From Anthoceros angustus (lineage: Eukaryota; Plantae; Anthocerotophyta), in NCBI GenBank assembly GCA_010909165.1, contig VJWM01000025.1:1674001-1738000 (forward strand): a stretch of 64,000 nt of DNA. Direction: 5' to 3'. The position numbers and the translations under genes were made by a program. Positions within the stretch are counted from its first letter, which is position 1, and every line of letters begins with the position of its first letter. Under the pieces are notes generated by a model, which was given only the letters and a program-made list of their open reading frames with translations, was not told the DNA's origin and ran no database searches. Shown one piece after another: positions 10,692 to 22,663 of the stretch.

Positions 10692-12182
10692 ATGGCGGGG
10701 CTGGACCTTGCGTTCCTGGTGGACGCTACACGGAGCATGAAACGTGCCTTTCCTCTGGTGAAGAATTGTGTTGTTTCTACGCTGGATCACATCATCAGCC
10801 ATTGTCCTCAGTGCAAGCTCCGTGTGGCGTTCGTTTCGTACCTGGATTACGACGACCCCCGTTGCGAGGAATGTGACTTCACCCCCGACCTGGTCTCCTT
10901 CAACCTTTTTCTGTCGAAAGTGAGGGCACTGAGTGAAGGTGGTGAGGATACGGCGGAAGATGTGTTCAGCGGCCTCGAGCGTGTGGCAAATTTGAGCTGG
11001 GAGGCTCCGAACCGTGTTTTGATTCACATTGCTGACGCTCCTTGCCATGGTACACAGTTTCACGACGGCGTCGAAGACAGGTACCCGCGCGGGGACGCCA
11101 AGGGGCGGGACATTGGCGTTCTGCTTCGGAGCTTGCGGCAAGGTTGCGAAATCTCCACCTATTACTTTTTTCATCTCAACGACACGACGAAGAAGATGGT
11201 GCGGGAGTTTGAGGAAGTGGTGCCAGGGGGAGGCTGGATTCAGGAGCACATGTTTGAAGACATTGGAGTTGTGGCACAAGTTGTCGCGGAGTTGTGCATT
11301 AGTACAGTGGTGCGTAGTGCTTTCAGCGTGCTTCAAGTTGGCCAACCCGAAGTGAGGCCTGGGACTCCTAAGTGGAGCAAAATCCCTCCTCGTAAGGCAT
11401 ATCGATTCAGGAATAAGCGCCGAGAGACCTTGGATGGCCTTTTGCGGGATCTGGCTGCCGGCAGGAGGTGGAAGGTGTCAAAAATGGAGGAGCCGATTGA
11501 GGTGAGGATAGCACGACACCCCTTCAGCGGTGATGGAAGTGGTCGGTGGCCTTTTTTTGCTCTGGTGACGTCAGAGACAAAAGGAGATCGTGTGATGGTG
11601 GTGAAGAGGTTCAAGAAGCAGTACGAGGATGATCCCCGGAAGGAGCAGGCCAAGTATGAGGAGCAGATGGAAGTGCAATCAGTGGCTGCACACATGGCCC
11701 GTAAATTCAACCGCTTGCTGAGGAATTATGAAGGGGCAAAACGAGTGAAATTCTACACGGTGACAACGCTTAAAGTGCGCTCCCATCGAGGTGCATCCGA
11801 GGAGCCTCGATTCTACAACATGGAGAAATATCTCGAAGGATCATGGATAAGGTATTCGAACAATGCTGGATATGTGAACACTAAAGATTACGCTGCTACC
11901 TTGCAGGCCTTCAGTCACTGGACGCATGAGAGGTCCCAAGGTTACCTGATGGTGACTGACCTGCAGGGTGTGCGAAACCCCGATTCTCGCAACAACGAGT
12001 TTTTACTCTGTGATCCAGCAATTCACACCGAGGATTGCAAACGCTTCAGCGATACGAACTTGGGACGATTAGGGTTTCAGCGGTTTTACCAAACCCACAC
12101 TTGCAACAATGTTTGCCGAGCTCTAAAGCTGGAGGTAGGCATTAATGGCTATAGTTCGACAGGTACAGTGCTGAGGTACTGA
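10692..12182 (+). CDS. Intronless vWA domain + alpha-kinase (eEF2K/MHCK family; VwkA-like architecture), about 496 aa
   Basis: vWA: LDLAFLVDATRSM (MIDAS-like DxTxS), LRVAFVSYLDYD, GGEDTAEDVFSGL, VLIHIADAPCHG. Alpha-kinase: VVKRFK, YNMEKYLEG, YSNNAG, QAFSHWTH, MVTDLQGV, LCDPAIH, NLGRLG, HTCNNVC. Start at the ATG at 10692 is inferred. Confidence 0.9.
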   Translation: MAGLDLAFLVDATRSMKRAFPLVKNCVVSTLDHIISHCPQCKLRVAFVSYLDYDDPRCEECDFTPDLVSFNLFLSKVRALSEGGEDTAEDVFSGLERVANLSWEAPNRVLIHIADAPCHGTQFHDGVEDRYPRGDAKGRDIGVLLRSLRQGCEISTYYFFHLNDTTKKMVREFEEVVPGGGWIQEHMFEDIGVVAQVVAELCISTVVRSAFSVLQVGQPEVRPGTPKWSKIPPRKAYRFRNKRRETLDGLLRDLAAGRRWKVSKMEEPIEVRIARHPFSGDGSGRWPFFALVTSETKGDRVMVVKRFKKQYEDDPRKEQAKYEEQMEVQSVAAHMARKFNRLLRNYEGAKRVKFYTVTTLKVRSHRGASEEPRFYNMEKYLEGSWIRYSNNAGYVNTKDYAATLQAFSHWTHERSQGYLMVTDLQGVRNPDSRNNEFLLCDPAIHTEDCKRFSDTNLGRLGFQRFYQTHTCNNVCRALKLEVGINGYSSTGTVLRY

Positions 12183-13121
12183 TGTCCCTGAGGGGCTTGT
12201 ACGGTTGTGGAGTTACGGTTCTAAGAAGGCTGCCGCCGTTATGTAAATCCCAAAATTTCCAAGCTGCTGTCCGCCGATTTTGGCGGACAACTGTGAGACA
12301 ACATTACCAAACGGTTGCGTATGGACATGGAAGTGCCCTTCCCGACGTATCTCTAACGGAGCGTTCACCGACCTGTTTAGACATCCATTTGGTATCATTT
12401 TGGTGTTTGTCTAGGTTGCTGCTCTTGTCGTTTTGGTGTTTCGTTCAGCTTGTTGCTCGCGCGCTTTCGGCGTACGTGCGCCTCCAGCCCTCCTTGCGCT
12501 CGCTCATCCGTGTCTGTTTGCGAGTTGTTTTGTCATGGCTCCCAAGTCTGATGAGGAAAAGGCGGGCAAGGGCATGGGCGTCTTTGGTTGCGAAGCTCTT
12601 CTATTCGTTTTATCGAGACCAGATTTGCCCCTCGAAGTGTCTAAGATCCTCCTTTCTTGCCACAAGTTTCCGGTAAATGCCACCCAGTGCCATTTCGATG
12701 GAACCTGAGAATCCCGCAAGAAAGTGAGCACCAGCGTATCCGGCAAGAAGGTGGATTAGAAGAGTAGAAATCAGGCTGACCACTTATTTTCCCTTCATTA
12801 TCAACATTCGAGTCGAGCAACCGCTTCAGACCAATGCCTGCATTGCTTCCATCCACAGCGTCCTGTCATCATTTTGGAAGAAGCAAGAGCATGAGTTGCA
12901 GAACATGTTATGAAGTTGCTGAGTTTCGAAATCGGAGTTGGAACCCAGACACACAAGTTGCACAGTATGCTAAGTAGATGTAGAATATGAAATGCATCAG
13001 ACAAACACACACACACCCGGATTGAAGTCCTCAAAACAGTTGGTCTCTCATGAGGGCGCAAAGCCGGTGGACTGGGTTGAATTTTTAGCTGACGCTGTTC
13101 GTGGAACCCAGCAGTGCTGCC

Positions 13122-16100
13122 TCATAGTTGCACATTACCGTAAGCTATCTTTTGCTTCACGAGCATTCTCCGTTCCATTTGAGGGTCGTAGGAGGGCCTG
13201 CTCTGCTTGTACAAGCCGCGTCTTGGGCAACAAGTGATGCCTTTACTATCCAGAATCTGCAGCCAGTCAGCTTTTGACAAGGTGGGGAAACACCTGAGGG
13301 GTGGTGTATTCTGCATTTCGTCCAGAAGGTTTCTCTGCAGCCTCCGCACAGCTTTTGCCCTAGCAAACTGATGTCTGGAGAAAGCCCCCGTCAGCTCTGA
13401 ATCATACTTGTGGTCAGACCTCCACGGCTTTCTCGTTGCAAGCCTCTTTTTCTTCCTTCTCCTGCGGTTTGTGCTCTCCATTCCTAGTAGCAACTCCCTA
13501 TACCTTGCAGAGGGTTTTAACAACGACGTTGTTCCCGGGGCTCCTGAGAAGGCATTCTCATCGGTGTCCGTGGCCAGAACTTGCTCCAGATCTGGCTGCT
13601 TCTCGTTTTGTGTGTCATCAATAAGTGATTCCAGCTCCAGAATTGCTTCTTTCATAAGACTAAAGCAGTCCTGCTTTCTGTCCACCCGACTGGCCGAGTG
13701 TACCAATTCCAATCCATGTGAATCTAGTTTTGCCTCTAATCTCCGAGTCCTTTGACTGTTGCAGATGTCCCTCAAATCCACAGGAGGGCCACCTGCATCC
13801 GGCTCCTTGAGAGCAGCTTGGGGCCTCCCGTTCCTTGCTGGTTTTTGGACTCTGAAAAGATTGGGCAAATATAAGATACAATGGCGTACCTGGCAACTAA
13901 CGTGACTTCCCGAGTTGAACCCTTCCAATACCTCTGCAGGGAGACCTTGGGCAGATCCGAGCTCCCCTCAACTGCATCATCTGGCAGAGATATGGACACT
14001 GGGTAGCCAGCATCCATACGGTTATATGCTGGTAGCTGCCGCGGCTGTTGCCCTGCCTTCGTCGTTGGAATCTGTATCCTTGAGCTCACAATGTCTCGAC
14101 TAAATTGATGCGCAGTGTCATGGAGGATTGGTGGAGAGACCTCACAGTCACTCGCGACATCAGTGTGTTCTGACGACACTGAAGCATTCCTCAAACCAGA
14201 GATCCTCGAGGAACTGATTGGCACATCCTCTTCAATACTTTGCTTGTTGGCTACGAACTCTCGAGATCGCGTAGAGGTCTCCGAGATGTCCCCAGAATAG
14301 TCGAGACTAGTGTCTGACGGCTGTGAAGGAGGCGACTGAGCAGTAGTCAGAAGAGCTTCAGCAGAGTTACCTGTCTGCTCGACGCTGGGCTCCATCTCAT
14401 CCACCACTGCTTCCCCCGAAGAGGAGGGTATTTTTCCAAGGCCACTGCACTGTGGTGCATGAGATCCTCCCAAGGACTCATCTGGGTCAATCTCCCTCTT
14501 GTCATGAGAAGCACCGCGGTGATGGTCATTTACCCCTGCATCAACGGAAGCAATATCAACAGAGATGATACACGAGTTGATGTTTCCTTCAACATGTCTT
14601 GATTTGCGTCTTGCAGAGCCTCCCCCCATGCATGGATACAGTTGTTTGGTGGGTTGGCGACAACTATCTTCCCTTCTTCATTACCAGGCAACTGCTTAAT
14701 GCGTAAGACTCTGGTACTTGCCTCTCCAGACTGGACTGCTGTTGAAGGAGGTTCCGCACTTATGATCCCATCTGCCTGATTTGTAACATCTATTCCACCA
14801 AGCTCCAGCAATTTACCTTTAAGAATACCCAGCAGCTCCTCTGCCGCAGCATGAGGAGTGGTAGGAGTCTCAGTGTCAGGGGAATGTTCTTCTGGAGTTG
14901 GAGATCGAAGTGGCTCTTCTAGTAACCTCAACAGAACCTCCTCAGGTGCATCTTCATTGGCTTCAATCTCATGTTGAGCTTCCAAGGCATTTCTTGATTC
15001 TACCGACAGATCGTTCACCAATATCCTTTCAAGTTGTGCTGTTCCGTCTTCTTGAGGAACTAAGTACCTAAGGTGCAGCTGGTCAGGGCTCTCGTCAGTG
15101 CTCGAAATAAGAGGAGCCATACCATATGATGTTTCTCCATGAAATGAGTTCACCTCATCAGCTCCCATGGCCAAGTAATCTACATTCATTTCAGGCTCTT
15201 TAGACGCCAGTTGTACCATTTGATGATGAACTATGGCTGATGTTGGCGACGAGGGCACAATGGCTGATGATGTCGGCGATGAGGGCACATCATCCTCGGT
15301 CTCTAACACACCTCCATTCAATTCACTTCCCCTAGGGCTGGCATGATCTGAGTAAGCTGCCCCTTTCGGTGTTTCTGTGGTTGATGACAACGACACAGCA
15401 GCCTCAGTCTCCAAAACTCCTCCATCCAGTTCCCTTCCCCAACTGCTGTTCCTATGCATGTAGACCTCTTCTTCTGGTAAACTTGTGATTGACAGTCGGT
15501 GACCTGGAGTTTGGGCAGCTGGAGTTTGTTGCCCAAAGCTGCTTTCAGAGGACACCTGTCTAATGGGTGAGATATTGCCAATCTGTGACTCCAAAACAAC
15601 TTCATCCAGTTCCCTTCCCCAACTGCTGGTCCTATTCATGTATGCCTCTTCCTCTGGTACACTTGTGATTGACAGTCGGTGACCTGGAGTTTGTGCGGCT
15701 GGAGTTTGTTGCCCAGAGCTGCTTTCAGAGTACACCTGTCTAGTACGTGAGATGTTGCCAGTCTGTGGCACTCGACGTTCCCACGCTGCGTCTGACGCGT
15801 CAGAAAGCTCCCGACTATTCACAGCATCCAGGGTGTAATCTACACTTGACACTCCTTCCAAATGTCCCGACTTCGAGACTGTCAGCAACCATGTTTTAGG
15901 CTCGTCTTCCTTTCCAGCAACTCTTTCCTCTCCAGACTCCTGTACTTTATGCTGCCTACTTATTTCATCAGTTGATTTTCCTCCCTTCACATAGACTGAT
16001 GGTGTGGGATCTGCTAAGCGTACTGCCTCCTGAAGAGCTCTACTTCTTCCCAAGTCCTTGCTTAAGGTAGCTTGATTCCTGCCAAGCTCTTCAGGGACAT

Positions 16101-18189
16101 TAGGCTCATATGGTCCTTGAGGACCCCACGTTCCCCAAAGACTCGTTTGGGTGGAAGAATCTTTGTGTGCCGTGTCAAATTCCCTTTCATCCCCAGAACC
16201 CGTTGGACCTCCTGATGGCTGTGGAGGCCCCTTATGGTCACCATCCTGCGTCTCTGGACATTCACAATACTTCCAGGTTTTAACTATCCGCTTCCCACAA
16301 TCTTGGCAAACGTACTGGTGTTGCAAGGAGCCTAGTTTCGGCTTCCCACAAATGTTGCACAGTAGCTGCAATTGTCTATCAGCATATTGGGCAGGATCAG
16401 AACCAGATTCGTCACGGGCACCAGAGGGGCACACACAATGTGATTCCTCATCGCTCTCAGTGGCTATCTCTCCAAGGTTTGGACTGGTTTCCATTGAAGG
16501 CGGAGCAGTATCAGGTTGAACTACACCTCCTACTACAGGTGAATCCCTTCCAGCTACAAGGCCACCTTCTTCATAAGACACCCTCATTGGTAAACTGCTG
16601 GAAGATGACTCCATGCTGTGTTGGTCATAGAAAGAGTCTGCTTGCCCGCCTATCTCTGTAGCTGCTTGCGATAAGCCTTCACTGGCTCCCTGATCCCAAT
16701 GATGGGGCACAAACAAAGGATTGACAATTGTAACATGTTGTGATTCATCTTCCGCTGTTAGTAGGACCTCGGAGGTTTCGTCTTCTTTAATGGGAGCATT
16801 TGAGCTTCTCCCACACTTGTAGCACAGTTTCCTGAGGTAGTAACCAATTCCCTTGGTCTCATCGGTTTGAGTCAACTCAAATAACGCACTCTCTGAAAGC
16901 GAAGGGCTTGTCAAGTCCTGTTGCCCTTCTGCCATGACTAAATCATGGTGAGACAAATCGCCATGTTCTTCAACCATCATGGGGGACACGTCCGAGTTTG
17001 CATGTCCTTCCTCCTCTGATCCAACGTAGGGTATTGTTCCTGAGCTGATAGTCTGTGAGTCGGGTCCCCAGATTGCATATCCTACCTCCTCTGATCCAAA
17101 GTAGGGTATTGCTCCTGAGCGAATAGTCTGTGCGTCGTGTCCCCAGTCTGCATGTCCTACCTCCTCTGATGCAACGTAGGGCGTTGTTCCTGCCCTACTT
17201 GGCCGTGACTCACCACGGTCAGCATCCTTGGCATCTGCCAAGGCAATGCCTAGCTCAGGCGGATCACCCTGCCCTAGTTCTCCAGATGAATTGCCAATGT
17301 AATAAGGAACTGCTCCAGCTGAAGTGCTATCGTAGTAGGAAACTCCTCCAGCAAAATCAGCAAAGATCTGAGGCTCCTCCGTGATGAGTATATCAGTAGA
17401 AGTTTGCCCATCAGGCAGTACTCGGGAATGCCCGCTCTGCTCCACTGAAGACCGTGGTGGATAAATTCCTGCTAACAGACTAGAAAAAGCCAGACCGAGA
17501 ATGCCAGAATCAGAAACCACACCAGACCTTTGAGTTGTAGTTTGATGTTGTTCATCAAGATCAGCTTCCGTCTGTGAAGCCTTGTCGTTAACTGTTGGCT
17601 GCAGCAACCCCACTTCAGGCTCCGACACTTTAGCCTTCTTCCGTAAGTTCACTCCACAGGCTGCGTCATATGAATGCCTCCTTTTCATCATCTCAAAGGA
17701 TCTCATCAGAGAGAGTTCAAGGCTTGCAATACGAGCTGCCTGGCTAGCAGATGCTAACGGTTGAGATTCGATGTCATTGCTGAGAGTCTGAGGTTCCACC
17801 CTTCCATCCACTATCTGAAAAGCAGCTAGAGACCCGGCTGTAGGATGTGATGACGGGGACCACATGTCGAATCTGGACGCTGTGGACGACGATACAGAGG
17901 ATGCAGTCCTATGGCTACATTCGGCAGTACTATCAAGGGTACTGGTATATTTGGTCCTCGTAGAAGATCGCCGAAAAGGAATCTCAGCGTTTTCCACCAG
18001 AGGGTGAGCTGTTGAGATCTGCACTTGAACACCAGGATTGCCGGTGGCCTGGTAAATGAGGTTCTCCACGTGATAAAGCGAGTCCAGGGTCTTGCACAAT
18101 TCTCCTTTCAAAGCTTGATTAGCAGGGTTCTCTTCAAGCATCTTCTTGAGCAGTCGCAGAGCCTCCAAGTGCTCATTCTTTCGCTTCAT
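13122..18189 (-). CDS. Large low-complexity protein of unknown function, probably multi-exon; Ser/Glu-rich, CxxC-CxxC motif, internal repeats
   Basis: 1279-codon ORF 14530..18369 (first plausible ATG 18189). Coding-like ORFs continue at 13772..14629 and 13122..13928. Exon boundaries and 3' end uncertain. Confidence 0.65.
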
Positions 18190-19144
18190 CAGAGAGTCCT
18201 GGTGAACAAGCAGTTGCAGCTGGGAACACAATTTATCACTACAAAAGGAACCCACTGCGGAGACCAACCTGGTTGGGCATCGCAGTAAAATGCCGAGTGA
18301 ACTCTCTTGCCATTTGTCTTCTGTTGGCCAGAACCTGCTGATGTTTCTGATACCACATATACAAAACAAGAACAGCTCCCCCTAGCAGCGCCAGAACCAG
18401 CGGAAAGGCTACGGAATACGAAATGAAAGGCTTCTTCGTGGCTTCTGCGGAATGACCATGACACCTTGCCTCACTTCTCCCATGCTACCAATTCCAAAAA
18501 AAAGGTCCAAAACTTCCAAACTAACCTGATAAAAATCTCGCATGGCGACCGACGACCTCTGCACTGTGGCCTAGGACATGAGGTCGTGTCACATTCTGCA
18601 GCTGATGCTGTGCAAAACCCTGATCGGACATCCTTCACACATTGGCATGGAAATTTTACCCTGCCTTTGCCCCACTGTTTACCAAACTCTCCTTCAATGT
18701 CACAGGATCCTTTGCAAGCTCAGTTGCGCATTCACTCTACAGACGCAGAGTGGAATTCATTCCACTCTGCGGTGGTAGCATGAACAAACAAATGAACGAA
18801 CTCACAATCTGCAGAGGAAAAAACCATAGTACCAAGATTCCCGCTGCCACAACAACAGGACAAGGTGCCGATGAGAAACATGCAAGCCAGGGCCCGTGCG
18901 ACCGAAACCAGGGATCCCCATCTCTGCCTTCACAATCCAGCCATGGCCTCACGAACTAGGCTTTGGGAAGAAAGAAATATGAACGAACCTTTCCACGTTT
19001 CGTACCAGACCGATTCTATCCAACCCTACCGATTCTGGCGATACCTACCGATTCTAGCAAACCCTAACAGGAGCTCATATTTAGCTTCAGCCTCTTGTTG
19101 AACACAACCTTTCTCGACGGGCGTGGTTTCAGTCGGCGGCCGCT

Positions 19145-20141
19145 ATGGGTATGCTGCACTCTTTTCGGCTCGATGGAAACAGGAGCCGCTGTGCGGAAGG
19201 TTGTGGTGTTGACGGCTTCGTGGTGGTGCAGGTGCCTACAAGTACCTGGAGGAACTTTGGAGAAAGAAGCAGTCGGATGTGCTAAGGTTTCTCCTCCGTG
19301 TGAGGTGCTGGGAATATAGACAGCTGCCGGGCATTGTTCGGATCACTCGTCCTTCTCGCCCCGACAAGGCTCGTCGTCTCGGCTACAAGGCTAAGCAGGT
19401 GCTAACCTAATCCTCGCAAGGGGTTTTCTATCCCTCTCCGTCTGTTAGTCGGGCATGGTTTAGGTGCCTTTATCTTGGACTGTGTGTTGTCATCTATAGT
19501 ACCAGATCTATCGTGCTGGATCATGGAGGGTTTGCCTGATGCTGCCTTTTGAATTTCACGTCTTTAATTCTAAGCATTCTCCTCATCTGATGTGGTCCGA
19601 GCAGGGCTATGTCGTGTACCGCGTTCGCGTGCGCCGTGGTGGCAGAAAGAGGCCCGTTTCCAAGGGTATCGTGTATGGGAAGCCAAAGAACCAGGGTATC
19701 ACTCAACTGAAGTTCCAACGTAGTTTGCAGTCGGTTGCCGAGGAGCGTGCTGGACGCAAGCTTGGCGGCTTGAGAGTGTTGAACTCTTACTGGATAAATC
19801 AGGTCTGTTTTCCAAAGTGCGTTTTTGTGTCATATTTCCTCCTCCCCTGGCAAGTGACAAACGGTGACGAGTAGACAATTGTTTGGTATTGGCAGGATTC
19901 GACATACAAGTACTTCGAAGTCATCCTGGTGGATGTTGCTCACTCCGTCATCAGGAAGGATCCTCGAATCAACTGGATCGTGAATCCAGTTCACAAGCAT
20001 CGTGAACTTCGTGGCTTGACCTCCGCAGGCAAGAAGCACCGCGGCTTGAGGGGCAAGGGTCATTTGTTCCACAAGAACCGGCCTTCTGTGCGGGCAACAT
20101 GGAAGCGGAACAACTCGCTGTCGCTCAGGCGATATCGTTAA
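19145..20141 (+). CDS. RPL15: 60S ribosomal protein L15 (eL15), copy A
   Basis: Exons 19145-19148, 19232-19398, 19605-19802, 19896-20141 (GT-AG introns) give 204 aa, [32 protein letters not shown]...SLRRYR. Confidence 0.97.
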
Positions 20142-21073
20142 GGCCGTTTTCCCGGCGGAGTCGGTTTGGGAAAGTACGTTTGCAAGTTTTGCTCTGAGAA
20201 TCAGAACTCTAATTTCTCTGTACATCCGACAAGGCCTTCTAATTGCAGTCTCGTTGGATGCACAAGTTGATTGCGCGGTCCTCGTTTTGTGACCATGGAA
20301 TCCAAGGTTAGGGTGTGCCTGGGTTCCGGCCAGCTTTGATTTCGGGAGGCCCTGTGCATGCTGTCTATCGGCCTGTCATGTGCCTTCGAGCTCTTGCGAC
20401 GTTGAACGTCGCTGGCCGGCTTACCAGATGCGAAGATCCGCGAGTCCGCATGCCTGCATCAGGCCATTGAGGAGGATCTGCCCCATACGAGGACGTTTTG
20501 TGAGCTTTGAGTGTCACGAGCAGTGCACAGTACACAGGACAATGCTTTTGTTTTGGCTTCCTAGCTCTTGTCGAGTTAGGAATGAGCAGGTTCTCTCGCC
20601 GTTCTCAGAACAACCTGGATGCCGGGTGCTGTTCCGGCTGTGTTATTTAACACCACTGCATCGTCCAATGCCACAGGATCCTTGGCAAGCTCAGTTGCTC
20701 AGTCACTCTGCCGTGCTAGCATTTGAACACAAATGAACGGGAGACAAAAATCATACTATCACGTTTCCCGCTGCCAGAAAGTGACAGGGAGCCGATGAAG
20801 AACATGCAAGTCACTGAGATAGGAATCGAGGCATACGCGTTTCTGCTTTCACAATCCTCTCAAGCTAAGCTGCTTTGGGTAAGACAGAAAAAGAATCTTT
20901 CCCCGTTTCGTACCACTGCAGATTCTATCCGTACCCACGATTCTTCTAAATCAACGGTCCGTACCTACCGATTCTATCAAGCCCTAGCACTGCTGCAGTT
21001 TATATGTAGATTCTCGTGCACATCTAATTCTCTCTTGGCAGACGTGGGTTTGAGCAGGGCGGCGGCCGTGGCC

Positions 21074-22070
21074 ATGGGTATGCTGCAGTCTCTTCAGCTG
21101 AATAGAAGCAGAAGCCGATGTGCGGAAGGCTGTGTTGTTGACGGTTTCCTGTTGGTGCAGGTGCCTACAAGTACCTGGAGGAACTTTGGAGAAAGAAGCA
21201 GTCGGATGTGCTAAGGTTTCTCCTCCGTGTGAGGTGCTGGGAATATAGACAGCTGCCGGGCATTGTCCGGATCACTCGTCCTTCTCGCCCCGACAAGGCT
21301 CGTCGTCTCGGCTACAAGGCTAAGCAGGTGCTAACCTAATCCTCGCAAGGTTTTCTCTATCCCTCTCCGTCTGTTAGTCTGGCATGGTTTGGGTGCCTTT
21401 ATCTTGGACTGTGTGTTGTCATCTACAGTACCAGATCTATCGTGCTGGATCATGGAGGGTTTGCCTGATGCTGCCTTTTGAATTTCACGTCTTTAATTCT
21501 AAGCATTCTCCTCGTCTGATGTGGTCCGATCAGGGCTATGTCGTGTACCGCGTTCGCGTGCGCCGTGGTGGCAGAAAGAGGCCCGTTTCCAAGGGTATTG
21601 TGTATGGGAAGCCAAAGAACCAGGGTATCACTCAACTGAAGTTCCAACGTAGTTTGCAGTCGGTTGCCGAGGAGCGTGCTGGACGCAAGCTTGGCGGCCT
21701 GAGAGTGTTGAACTCTTACTGGATAAATCAGGTCTGTTTTCCAAAGTGCGTTTTTGTGTCATATTTCCTCCTCTCCTGGCAAGTGACAGACGGTGACGAG
21801 TAGACAATTGTTTGGTATTGGCAGGATTCGACATACAAGTACTTCGAAGTCATCCTGGTGGATGTTGCTCACTCCGTTATCAGGAAGGATCCTCGAATCA
21901 ACTGGATCGTGAATCCAGTTCACAAGCATCGTGAACTCCGTGGCTTGACCTCCGCAGGCAAGAAGCACCGCGGCTTGAGGGGCAAGGGTCATTTGTTTCA
22001 CAAGAACCGGCCCTCTGTGCGGGCAACATGGAAGCGGAACAACTCGTTATCGCTCAGGCGATATCGCTAG
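21074..22070 (+). CDS. RPL15: 60S ribosomal protein L15 (eL15), copy B
   Basis: Exons 21074-21077, 21161-21327, 21534-21731, 21825-22070; same exon lengths, and the protein appears identical to copy A. Confidence 0.97.
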
Positions 22071-22663
22071 GCCCTTTTCCCAGGAGGCGATCTGGGAGAG
22101 TATTTTTGGAAGTTTAGGGTACCTTTTATTCTCAGGTTTCAGGTCCATGTACATCGGACAAGGCCATTTAATTACCGTCTCGGTGGATGCTGTGAACATG
22201 GAAGTAAATTTATGGAGTGCTTGAGTGGCCTACGACATTCGGTAGCAAAGCAAGCTTCTCCACGGTTCCCTACGTATGTACATGGTTGTCGGCTAGCCGT
22301 GTGCCTTCGATCCCTTTTCTTTTATGTGTGTACATGACTGCTTTCACAGACGCAGAGCTGCGCGCGTCCGCATGCCTACATCGTGCTCGACATCAGCTCA
22401 CAGGTGCACTCGACATCGTTAAGTCCATTGCCATATGGTGCTGCTCTGGACAAGGATGTTTCGGATGTCTCACTTTGCGAGCCATGAGGAGTTAGTTCCA
22501 AGACAATTCCTGGTTGGACCTAGACAGGCTTCGTGGTTGGACTTCCTAGCTGTAGTCATGTTAGAAAAGAGCAGTTTCTCTCGCCCTTCTGTGCACAACC
22601 AGCATGCCGGGTGCTGTTCCGTCAAAATTGAATTGAACACCTCTACATCTTTTAAAAAGTTGC

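Noticed and set aside
19399-19604. Possible C/D-box snoRNA in RPL15 intron 2 (TGATGC...CTGA)
   Set aside because: The C box is imperfect, no terminal stem is seen, and the CTGAT sits where a branch point is expected; conservation between copies is explained by homogenisation.
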